From Eledone cirrhosa (lineage: Eukaryota), in contig OZ024742.1 in assembly GCA_964016885.1 (NCBI GenBank), forward strand, positions 373,612,001 to 373,676,000: a stretch of 64,000 nt of DNA. The letters are read 5' to 3'. A model generated the notes under the pieces. It was not told the origin of the DNA, searched no databases, and saw only the letters and a program-made list of their open reading frames with translations. Positions within the stretch are counted from its first letter, which is position 1; each line of letters begins with the position of its first letter. The position numbers and the translations under genes are program-made. Of this stretch, positions 45,801-59,500 are shown one piece after another.

Positions 45801-48800
45801 TCGTATAGTGATTCTAATAACCAGTATATAGAGATGGTATAGTGACTCTAATAACCAGTATATAGCGATGGTATAGTGATTCTAATAACCAGTATATAGA
45901 GATGGTATAGTGATTCTAATAACCAGTATATAGGGATCGTATAGTGATTCTAATAACCAGTATATAGAGATGGTATAGTGATTCTAATAACCAGTATATA
46001 GAGATGGTATAGTGATTCTAATAACCAGTGTATAGAGATGGTATAGTGATTCTAATAACCAGTATATAGAGATGGTATAGTGATTCTAATAACAGTATAT
46101 AGAGATGGTATGTTGATTCTAATAACCAGTATATAGAGATGGTATAGTGATTCTAATAACCAGTATATAGAAATGGTATAGTGATTCTAATAACAGTATA
46201 TAGAGATGGTATAGTAATTCTAATAACAGTATATAGAGATGGTATAGTGATTCTAATAACCAGTATATAGAGATGGTATAGTGATTCTAATAACCAGTAT
46301 ATAGAGATGGTATAGTGATTCTAATAACCAGTATATAGAGATGGTATAGTGATTCTAATAACCAGTATATAGAGATGGTATACTGATTCTAATAACCAGT
46401 ATATAGAGATGGTATAGTGATTCTAATAACAGTATATAGAGATGGTATAGTGATTCTAATAACCAGTATATAGAGATGGTATAGTGACTCTAATAACCAG
46501 TATATAGAGATGGTATAGTGATTCTAATAACCAGTATATAGAGAAGGTATAGTGATTCTAATAACCAGTATAGAGAGATGGTATAGTGATTCTAATAACA
46601 GTATATAGAGATGGTATAGTGATTCTAATAACCAGTATATAGGGATGGTATAGTGATTCTAATAACCAGTATATAGAGATGGTATAGTGATTCTAATAAC
46701 CAGTATATAGAGATGGTATAGTGATTCTAATAACCAGTATTTAGAGATCGTATAGTGATTCTAATAACCAGTATATAGGGATGGTATAGTGATTCTAATA
46801 ACCAGTATATAGGGATGGTATAGTGATTCTAATAACCAGTATATAAAGAAGGTATAGTGATTCTAATAACCAGTATATAGAGATGGTATAGTGATTCTAA
46901 TAAACAGTATAGAGAGATGGTATAGTGATTCTAATAATAAGTATAGAGAGTTGGTATAGTGATTCTAATAACCAGTATATAGAGATGGTATAGTGATTCT
47001 AATAACCAGTATATAGGGATGGTATAGTGATTCTAATAACCAGTATTTAGAGATCGTATAGTGATTCTATAAGCAGTATAGAGAGATGGTATAGTGATTC
47101 TAATAACCAGTATAGAGAGATGGTATAGTGATTCTAATAACCAGTATATAGAGATGGTATAGTGATTCTAACAACCAGTATATAGAGATGGTATAGTGAT
47201 TCTAATAACAGTATATAGAGATGGTATAGTGATTCTAATAAACAGTATAGAGAGATGGTATAGTGATTCTAATAATAAGTATAGAGAGATGGTATAGTGA
47301 TTCTAATAACCAGTATATAGAGATGGTATATTGATTCTAATAACCAGTATATAGAGATGCTATAGTGATTCTAATAACAGTATATAGAGATGGTATAGTG
47401 ATTCTAATAACCAGTATATAGAGATGGTATAGTGATTCTAATAACAGTATATAGAGATGGTATAGTGATTCTAATAACCAGTATATAGAGATGGTATAGT
47501 TATTCCAATAACCAGTTTATAGAGATGGTATAGTGATTCTAATTACAGTATATAGAGATGGTATGTTGATTCTAATAACCAGTATATAGAGATGGTATAG
47601 TGATTCTAATAACCAGTATATAGAGATGGTATAGTGATTCTAATAACCAGTATATAGAGATGGTATAGTGATTCTAATAACCAGTATATAGAGATGGTAT
47701 AGTGATTCTAATAACAGTATATAGAGATGGTATGTTGATTCTAATAACCAGTATATAGAGATGGTATAGTGATTCTAATAACCAGTATATAGAGATGGTA
47801 TGTTGATTCTAATAACCAGTATATAGAGATGGTATAGTGATTCTAATAACAGTATATAGAGATGGTATAGTGATTCTAATAACCAGTATATAGAGATAGT
47901 ATAGTGACTCTAATAACCAGTATATAGAGATGGTATAGTGATTCTAATGACCAGTATAGAGAGATGGTATAGTGATTCTAATATCCAGTATATAGAGATG
48001 GTATAGTGATTCTAATAACCATTATATAGAGATGGTATAGTGATTCTAATAACCAGTATATAGAGATGGTATAGTGATTCTAATAACCAGTATATAGAGA
48101 TGGTACAGTGATTCTAATAACCAGTATATAGAGATGGTATAGTGATTCTAATAACCAGTATATAGAGATGGTACAGTGATTTTAATAACCAGTATATAGG
48201 GATGGTAGAGGGATTCTAATAACCAGTATATAGAGATGGTATAGTTATTCTAATAACCAGTATATAGAGATGGTATAGTGATTCTAATAACCAGTATTTA
48301 GAGATCGTATAGTGATTCTAATAACCAGTATATATAGTTGGTACAGTGATTCTAATAACCAGTATATAGAGATGGTACAGTGATTCTAATAACCAGTATA
48401 TAGAGATGGTAGAGGGATTCTAATAACCAGTATAGAGAGATGGTATAGTGATTCTAATAACCATTATATAGAGATGGTATAGTGATTCTAATAACCAGTA
48501 TATAGGGATTGTATAGTGATTATAATAACCAGTATATAGAGAAGGTATAGTGACTCTAATAACCAGTATATAGAGATGGTATAGTGATTCTAATAACCAG
48601 TATATATAGTTGGTACAGTGATTCTAATAACCAGTATATTGAGATGGTACAGTGATTCTAATAACAGTATGTAGAGATGGTATAGTGATTCTAATAACCA
48701 GTATATAGAGATGCTATAGTGATTCTAATAACCAGTATATAGAGTTGGTACAGTGATTCTAATAACCAGTATATTGAGATGGTACAGTGATTCTAATAAC

Positions 48801-51800
48801 AGTATGTAGAGATGGTATAGTGATTCTAATAACCAGTATAGGGAGATGGTATAGTGATTCTAATAACCAGTATATAGGGATGGTACAGTGATTCTAATAA
48901 CCAGTATATAAAGATGGTACTGTAATTCTAATAACCAGTATATAGAGATCGTATAGTGATTCTAATAACCAGTATATAGAGATGGTATTGTGATTCTAAT
49001 AACCAGTATATAGAGATGGTATAGTGATTCTAATAACCAGTATATAGAGATGGTATAGTGATTCTAATAACCAGTATATAGAGAAGGTATAGTGATTCTA
49101 ATAACCATTATATAGAGATGGTACAGTGATTCTAATAACCTGTATATAAAGATGGTACAGTGATTCTAATAACCAGTATATAGAGATGGTATAGTGATTC
49201 TAATAACCAGTATATACAGAGATGGTATAGTGATTCTAATAACCAGTATATAGAGATCGTATAGTGATTCTAATAACCACTATATAGAGATGGTATAGTG
49301 ATTCTAATAACCAGTATATAGAGATGGTATAGTGATTCTAATAACCAGTATATAGGGATGGTATAGTGATTCTAATAACCATTATATAGAGATGGTACAG
49401 TGATTCTAATAACCAGTATATAAAGATGGTACATTGATTCTAATAACCAGTATATAGAGATGATATAGTGATTCTAATAACCAGTATATAGAGATGGTAT
49501 AGTGATTCTAATAACCAGTATATACAGAGATGGTATAGTGATTCTAATAACCAGTATATAGAGATTGTATAGTGATTCTAATAACCACTATATAGAGATG
49601 GTATAGTGATTCTAATAACCAGTATATAGAGATGATATAGTGATTCTAATAACCAGTATATAGAGATGGTATAGTGATTCTAATAACCAGTATATAGAGA
49701 TGGTACAGTGATTCTAATAACCAGTATATAGAGATGGTATAGTGATTCTAATAACCAGTATATAGAGATGGTACAGTGATTCTAATAACCAGTATATAGA
49801 GATGGTATAGGGATTCTAAAAACCAGTATATAGAGATGGTATAGTGATTCTAATAACCAGTATATAGGGATGGTAGAGGGATTCTAATAACCAGTATATA
49901 GAGATGGTATAGTGATTCTAATAACCAGTATATAGAGATGGTATAGTGATTCTAATAACCAGTATTTAGAGATCGTATAGTGATTCTAATAACCAGTATA
50001 TATAGTTGGTACAGTGATTCTAATAACCAGTATATAGAGATGGTACAGTGATTCTAATAACCAGTATATAGAGATGGTAGAGGGATTCTAATAACCAGTA
50101 TAGAGAGATGGTATAGTGATTCTAATAACCATTATATAGAGATGGTATAGTGATTCTAATAACCAGTATATAGGGATTGTATAGTGATTCTAATAACCAG
50201 TATATAGAGAAGGTATAGTGCCTCTAATAACCAGTATATAGAGATGGTATAGTGATTCTAATAACCAGTATATATAGTTGGTACAGTGATTCTAATAACC
50301 AGTATATTGAGATGGTACAGTGATTCTAATAACGGTATGTAGAGATGGTATAGTGATTCTAATAACCAGTATATAGAGATGCTATAGTGATTCTAATAAC
50401 CAGTATATAGAGTTGGTACAGTGATTCTAATAACAGTATATAGAGATGGTATAGTGATTCTAATAACCAGTATATAGAGAAGGTATAGTGATTCTAATAA
50501 CCATTATATAGAGATGGTACAGTGATTCTAATAACCAGTATATAGAGATGGTATAGTGATTCTAATAACCAGTATATACAGAGATGGTATAGTGATTCTA
50601 ATAACCAGTATATAGAGATCGTATAGTGATTCTAATAACCACTATATAGAGATGGTATAGTGATTATAATAACCAGTATATAGAGATGGTATAGTGATTC
50701 TAATAACCATTATATAGAGATGGTACAGTGATTCTAATAACCAGTATATAAAGATGGTACAGTGATTCTAATAACCAGTATATAGAGATGATATAGTGAT
50801 TCTAATAACCAGTATATAGAGATGGTATAGTGATTCTAATAACCAGTATATACAGAGGTGGTATAGTGATTCTAATAACCAGTATATAGAGATTGTATAG
50901 TGATTCTAATAACCACTATATAGAGATGGTATAGTGATTCTAATAACCAGTATATAGAGATGATATAGTGATTCTAATAACCAGTATATAGAGATGGTAT
51001 AGTGATTCTAATAACCAGTATATAGAGATGGTTCAGTGATTCTAATAACCAGTATATAGAGATGGTATAGTGATTCTAATAACCAGTATATAGAGATGGT
51101 ACAGTGATTCTAATAACCAGTATATAGAGATGGTACAGTAATTCTAATAACCAGTATATAGAGATGGTAGAGGGATTCTAATAACCAGTATATAGAGATG
51201 GTACAGTAATTCTAATAACCAGTATATAGAGATGGTAGAGGGATTCTAATAACCAGTATATAGAGATGGTATAGTGATTCTAATAACCAGTATATAGAGA
51301 TGATATAGTGATTCTAATAACCAGTATATAGAGATGGTACAGTAATTCTAATAACCAGTATATAGAGATGGTAGAGGGATTCTAATAACCAGTATATAGA
51401 GATGGTATAGTGATTCTAATAACTAGTATAGAGAGATGGTATAGTGATTCTAATAACCAGTATATAGAGATGGTACAGTAATTCTAATAACCAGTATATA
51501 GAGATGGTATAGTGATTCTAATAACCAGTATATAGAGATGGTATAGTGATTCTAATAACCAGTATTTAGAGATCGTATAGTGATTCTAATAACCAGTATA
51601 TATAGTTGGTACAGTGATTCTAATAACCAGTATATAGAGATGGTACAGTAATTCTAATAACCACTATATAGAGATGGTAGAGGGATTCTAATAACCAGTA
51701 TAGAGAGATGGTATAGTGATTCTAATAACCAGTATATAGGGATTGTATAGTGATTCTAATAACCAGTATATAGAGAAGGTATAGTGACTCTAATAATCAG

Positions 51801-54800
51801 TATATAGAGATGGTATAGTGATTCTAATAACCAGTATATATAGTTGGTACAGTGATTCTAATAACCAGTATATTGAGATGGTACAGTGATTCTAATAACA
51901 GTTTGTAGAGATGGTATAGTGATTCTAATAACCAGTATATAGAGATGCTATAGTGATTCTAATAACCAGTATATAGAGTTGGTACAGTGATTCTAATAAC
52001 CAGTATATTGAGATGGTACAGTGATTCTAATAACAGTATGTAGAGATGGTATAGTGATTCTAATAACCAGTATAGAGAGATGGTATAGTGATTCTAATAA
52101 CCAGTATATAGGGATGGTACAGTGATTCTAATAACCAGTATATAAAGATGGTACTGTAATTCTAATAACCAGTATATAGAGATCGTATAGTGATTCTAAT
52201 AACCAGTATATAGAGATGGTATTGTGATTCTAATAACCAGTATATAGAGATGGTATAGTGATTCTAATAACCAGTATATAGAGATGGTATAGTGATTCTA
52301 ATAACCAGTATATAGAGAAGGTATAGTGATTCTAATAACCATTATATAGAGATGGTACAGTGATTCTAATAACCAGTATATAAAGATGGTACAGTGATTC
52401 TAATAACCAGTATATAGAGATGGTATAGTGATTCTAATAACCAGTATATACAGAGATGGTATAGTGATTCTAATAACCAGTATATAGAGATCGTATAGTG
52501 ATTCTAATAACCAGTATATAGAGATGGTATAGTGATTCTAATAACCAGTATATAGGGATGGTATAGTGATTCTAATAACCATTATATAGAGATGGTACAG
52601 TGATTCTAATAACCAGTATATAAAGATGGTACAGTGATTCTAATAACCAGTATATAGAGATGATATAGTGATTCTAATAACCAGTATATAGAGATGGTAT
52701 AGTGATTCTAATAACCAGTATATACAGAGATGGTATAGTGATTCTAATAACCAGTATATAGAGATTGTATAGTGATTCTAATAACCACTATATAGAGATG
52801 GTATAGTGATTCTAATAACCAGTATATAGAGATGATATAGTGATTCTAATAACCAGTATATAGAGATGGTATAGTGATTCTAATAACCAGTATATACAGA
52901 GATGGTATAGTGATTCTAATAACCAGTATATAGAGATTGTATAGTGATTCTAATAACCAGTATATAGAGATGGTATAGTGATTCTAAAAACCAGTATATA
53001 GAGATGGTATAGTGATTCTAATAACCAGTATATAGAGATGGTATAGTGATTCTAATAACCAGTATATAGAGGTGGTATAGTGATTCTAATAACCAGTATA
53101 TAGAGATTGTATAGTGATTCTAATAACCAGTATATAGAGATGGTATAGTGATTCTAATAACCAGTATATAGAGATGGTATAGTGATTCTAATAACCAGTA
53201 TATAGAGATGGTATAGTGATTCTAATAACCAGTATATAGAGATGGTACAGTGATTCTAATAACCAGTATATAGAGATCGTATAGTGATTCTAATAACCAG
53301 TATACAGAGAAGGTATAGTGATTCTAATAACCAGTATATAGAGATGGTATAGTGATTCTAATAAACAGTATAGAGAGATGGTATAGTGATTCTAATAATA
53401 AGTATAGAGAGATAGTATAGTGATTCTAATAACCAGTATATAGAGATGGTATAGTGATTCTAATAACCAGTATATAGGGATGTTATAGTGATTCTAATAA
53501 CCAGTATTTAGAGATCGTATAGTGATCCTATAACCAGTATAGAGAGATGGTATAGTGATTCTAATAACCAGTATAGAGAGATGGTATAGTGATTCTAATA
53601 ACCAGTATATAGAGATGGTATAGTGATTCTAACAACCAGTATATAGAGATGGTATAGTGATTCTAATAACAGTATATAGAGATGGTTTAGTGATTCTAAT
53701 AAACAGTATAGAGAGATGGTATAGTGATTCTAATAATAAGTATAGAGAGATGGTATAGTGATTCTAATAACCAGTATATAGAGATGGTATAGTGATTCTA
53801 ATAACCAGTATATAGAGATGGTATAGTGATTCTAATAACCAGTATATAGAGATGGTATAGTGATTCTAATAATAAGTATAGAGAGATGGTATAGTGATTC
53901 TAATAACCAGTATATAGAGATGCTATAGTGATTCTAATAACAGTATATAGAGATGGTACAGTGATTCTAATAACAGTATATACAGAGATGGTATAGTGAT
54001 TCCAATAACCAGTATATAGAGATGGTATAGTGATTCTAATAACCAGTATATAGAGATGGTATAGTGATTCTAATAACAGTATATAGAGATGGTATAGTGA
54101 TTCTAATAACCAGTATATAGAGATGGTATAGTGATTCCAATAACCAGTATATAGGGATCGGATAGTGATTCTAATAACAGTATATAGAGATGGTATAGTG
54201 ATTCTAATAACCAGTATATAGGGATGGTATAGTGATTCTAATAACCAGTATATAGAGATGGTATAGTGACTCTAATAACCAGTATATAGCGATGGTATAG
54301 TGATTCTAATAACCAGTATATAGAGATGGTATAGTGATTCTAATAACCAGTATATAGGGATCGTATAGTGATTCTAATAACCAGTATATAGAGATGGTAT
54401 AGTGATTCTAATAACCAGTATATAGAGATGGTATAGTGAATCTAATAACCAGTGTATAGAGATGGTATAGTGATTCTAATAACCAGTATATAGAGATGGT
54501 ATAGTGATTCTAATAACAGTATATAGAGATGGTATGTTGATTCTAATAACCAGTATATAGAGATGGTATAGTGATTCTAATAACCAGTATATAGAAATGG
54601 TATAGTGATTCTAATAACAGTATATAGAGATGGTATAGTAATTCTAATAACACTATATAGAGATGGTATAGTGATTCTAATAACAAGGATATAGAGATGG
54701 TATAGTGATTCTAATAACCAGTATATAGAGATGGTATAGTGATTCTAATAACCAGTATATAGAGATGGTATAGTGATTCTAATAACCAGTATATAGAGAT

Positions 54801-56500
54801 GGTATACTGATTCTAATAACCAGTATATAGAGATGGTATAGTGATTCTAATAACAGTATATAGAGATGGTATAGTGATTCTAATAACCAGTATATAGAGA
54901 TGGTATAGTGACTCTAATAACCAGTATATAGAGATGGTATAGTGATTCTAATAACCAGTATATAGAGAAGGTATAGTGATTCTAATAACCAGTATAGAGA
55001 GATGGTATAGTGATTCTAATAACAGTATATAGAGATGGTATAGTGATTCTAATAACCAGTATATAGGGATGGTATAGTGATTCTAATAACCAGTATATAG
55101 AGATGGTATAGTGATTCTAATAACCAGTATATAGAGATGGTATAGTGATTCTAATAACCAGTATTTAGAGATCGTATAGTGATTCTAATAACCAGTATAT
55201 AGGGATGGTATAGTGATTCTAATAACCAGTATATAGGGATGGTATAGTGATTCTAATAACCAGTATATAAAGAAGGTATAGTGATTCTAATAACCAGTAT
55301 ATAGAGATGGTATAGTGATTCTAATAAACAGTATAGAGAGATGGTATAGTGATTCTAATAATAAGTATAGAGAGATGGTATAGTGATTCTAATAACCAGT
55401 ATATAGAGATGGTATAGTGATTCTAATAACCAGTATATAGGGATGGTATAGTGATTCTAATAACCAGTATTTAGAGATCGTATAGTGATTCTATAAGCAG
55501 TATAGAGAGATGGTATAGTGATTCTAATAACCAGTATAGAGAGATGGTATAGTGATTCTAATAACCAGTATATAGAGATGGTATAGTGATTCTAACAACC
55601 AGTATATAGAGATGGTATAGTGATTCTAATAACAGTATATAGAGATGGTATAGTGATTCTAATAAACAGTATAGAGAGATGGTATAGTGATTCTAATAAT
55701 AAGTATAGAGAGATGGTATCGTGATTCTAATAACCAGTATATAGAGATGGTATATTGATTCTAATAACCAGTATATAGAGATGCTATAGTGATTCTAATA
55801 ACAGTATATAGAGATGGTATAGTGATTCTAATAACCAGTATATAGAGATGGTATAGTGATTCTAATAACCAGTATATAGAGATGGTATAGTGATTCTAAT
55901 AACAGCATATAGAGATGGTATAGTGATTCTAATAACCAGTATATAGAGATGGTATAGTTATTCCAATAACCAGTTTATAGAGATGGTATAGTGATTCTAA
56001 TTACAGTATATAGAGATGGTATGTTGATTCTAATAACCAGTATATAGAGATGGTATAGTGATTCTAATAACCAGTATATAGAGATGGTATAGTGATTCTA
56101 ATAACCAGTATATAGAGATGGTATAGTGATTCTAATAACAGTATATAGAGATGGTATGTTGATTCTAATAACCAGTATATAGAGATGGTATAGTGATTCT
56201 AATAACCAGTATATAGAGATGGTATGTTGATTCTAATAACCAGTATATAGAGATGGTATAGTGATTCTAATAACAGTATATAGAGATGGTATAGTGATTC
56301 TAATAACCAGTATATAGAGATAGTATAGTGACTCTAATAACCAGTATATAGAGATGGTATAGTGATTCTAATAACCAGTATAGAGAGATGGTATAGTGAT
56401 TCTAATATCCAGTATATAGAGATGGTATAGTGATTCTAATAACCATTATATAGAGATGGTATAGTGATTCTAATAACCAGTATATAGAGATGGTATAGTG
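39900..56500. repeat. About 8.2-8.46-kb tandem duplication (about 39.9-48.1 kb and about 48.1-56.5 kb)
   Basis: GATCGGA 45735/54159 and CTATAAGCAG 47073/55497 (offset 8424); TTATTCCAATAACCAGTTT 47501/55959 (8458); cassette at about 40020/48200 (about 8180). Confidence 0.85.
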
Positions 56501-59500
56501 ATTCTAATAACCAGTATATAGGGATGATATAGTGATTCTAATAACCAGTTTAGAGAGATGGTATAGTGATTCTAATAACCATTATATAGAGATGGTATAG
56601 TGATTCTAATAACAAGTATATAGAGATGGTATAGTGATTCTAATAACCAGTATATAGGGATGGTATAGTAATTCTAATAACCAGTATATAGAGATGGTTT
56701 AGTGATTCTAATAACCAGGATATAGGGATTGTATAGTGATTCTAATAACCAGTATATAGAGATGGTATAGTGACTCTAATAACCAGTATATAGAGATGGT
56801 ATAGTGATTCTAATAACCAGTATATAGAGATGGTATAGTGACTCTAATAACCAGTATATAGAGAAGGTATAGTGATTCTAATAACCAGTATATAGAGATG
56901 CTATAGTGATTCTAATAACAGTATATTGAGATGGTATAGTGATTCTAATAACAGTATATAGAGATGGTATAGTGATTCTAATAACCAGTATAGAGAGATG
57001 GTATAGTGATTCTAATAACAGTATATAGAGAAGGTATAGTGATTCTAATAACCAGTATATAGAGATGCTATAGTGATTCTAATAACAGTATATAGAGATG
57101 GTATAGTGATTCTAATAACAGTATATAGAGATGGTATAGTGATTCTAATAACCAGTATAGAGAGATGGTATAGTGATTCTAATAACAGTATATAGAGAAG
57201 GTATAGTGATTCTAATAACAGTACATAGAGATGGTTTAGTGATTCTAATAACCAGTATATAGAGATGGTATAGTGATTCTAATAACAGTATATAGAGATG
57301 GTATAGTGATTCTAATAACCAGTATTTAGAGATGGTATAGTGATTCTAATAACAGTACATAGAGATGGTTTAGTGATTCTAATAACCAGTATATAGAGAT
57401 GGTATAGTGATTCTAATAACCAGTATAAAGAGATGGTGTAGTGATTCTAATAACCAGTATATAGAGATGGTATAGTGATTCTAATAACCAGTATAGAGAG
57501 ATGGTATAGTGATTCTAATAACCAGTATATATAGTTGGTATAGTGATTCTAATATCCAGTATATAGAGATCGAATAGTGATTCTAATAACAGTATATAGA
57601 GATGGTGTAGTGATTCTAATAACCAGTATATAGGGATCGTATAGTGATTCTAATAACAGTATATAGAGATGATATAGTGATTCTAATAACCAGTATATAG
57701 AGATGGTATAGTGATTCTAATAACCAGTATATAGAGATGGTATAGTGATTCTAATAACCAGTATATAGAGATGGTATAGTGATTCTAATAACCAGTATAT
57801 AGAGATGGTATAGTGATTCTAATAACCAGTATATAGAGATGGTATAGTGATTCTAATAACCAGTATATAGAGATGGTATAGTGATTCCAATAACCAGTAT
57901 ATTGGGATCGTATAGTGATTCTAATAACAGTATATAGAGATGGTATAGTGATTCTAATAACCAGTATATAGGGATCGTATAGTGATTCTAATAACCAGTA
58001 TATAGAGATGGTATAGTGACTCTAATAACCAGTATATAGCGATGGTATAGTGATTCTAATAACCAGTATATAGAGATGGTATAGTGATTCTAATAACCAG
58101 TATATAGAGATGGTATAGTGATTCTAATAACAGTATATAGAGATGGTATGTTGATTCTAATAACCAGTATATAGAGATGGTATAGTGATTCTAATAACCA
58201 GTATATAGAGATCGTATAGTGATTCTAATAACCAGTATATAGAGATGGTATAGTGATTCTAATAACCAGTATATAGAGATGGTATAGTGATTCTAATAAC
58301 CAGTATAAAGAGATGGTGTAGTGATTCTAATAACCAGTATATAGAGATGGTATAGTGATTCTAATAACCAGTATATATAGTTGGTATAGTGATTCTAATA
58401 TCCAGTATATAGAGATCGAATAGTGATTCTAATAACCACTATATAGAGGTGCTATAGTGATTCTAATAACCAGTATATAGAGAAGGTATAGTGATTCTAA
58501 TAACCATTTTATAGAGATGGTGTAGTGATTCTAATAACCAGTATATAGAGATGGTTTAGTGATTCTAATAACCAGTATATAGAGATGGTATAATGATTCT
58601 AATAACCAGTATATAGAGATGGTACAGTGATTCTAATAACCAGTATATAGAGATGGTATAGTGATTGTAATAACCAGTATATAGAGATGGTATAGTGATT
58701 TTAATAACCAGTATATAGAGATGGTATAGTGATTCTAATAACCAGTTTAGATAGATGGTATAGTGATTCTAATAACCATTATATAGAGATGGTATAGTGA
58801 TTCTGATAACAGTATATAGAGATGGTACACTGATTCTAATAACCAGTATATAGAGATGGTATGGTGATTCCAATAACCAGTATATAGAGATGGTATAGTG
58901 ATTCCAATAACCAGTATATAGAGATGGTATAGTGATTCCAATAACCAGTATATAGAAATGGTATAGTGGCTCTAATAACCAGTATATAGAGATGGTATAG
59001 TGATTCTAATAACCAGTATATTGAGATGGTATAGTGATTCTAATAACCAGTATAGAGAGATGGTATAGTGATTCTAATAACCAGTATATATAGTTGGTAT
59101 AGTGATTCTAATATCCAGTATATAGAGATCGAATAGTGATTCTAATAACCACTATATAGAGATGCTATAGTGATTCTAATAACCAGTATATAGAGAAGGT
59201 ATAGTGATTCTAATAACCAGTATATAGAGATGGTGTAGTGATTCTAATAACCAGTATATAGAGATGGTTTAGTGATTCTAATAACCAGTATATAGAGATG
59301 GTATAGTGACTCTAATAACCAGTATAGAGAGATGGTATAGTGATTCTAATAACAGTATATAGAGAAGGTATAGTGATTCTAATAACCAGTATATAGAGAT
59401 GCTATAGTGATTCTAATAACAGTATATAGAGATAGTATAGTGATTCTAATAACCAGTATATAGAGATGGTATAGTGATTCTAATAACAGTACATAGAGAT

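Larger units (their letters stand above)
27400..56500. repeat. Central domain: four irregular higher-order units with marker spacing of 7.0-8.4 kb
   Basis: The rare GGGATCGGATAG monomer occurs at about 30856, 37880, 45735 and 54159 (offsets 7024, 7855, 8424), each time in the same variant context. Confidence 0.85.

Noticed and set aside
58747-58941. 64-aa minus-strand ORF
   Set aside because: Repeat-derived peptide from a cluster of TTCCAAT variants; no gene context.
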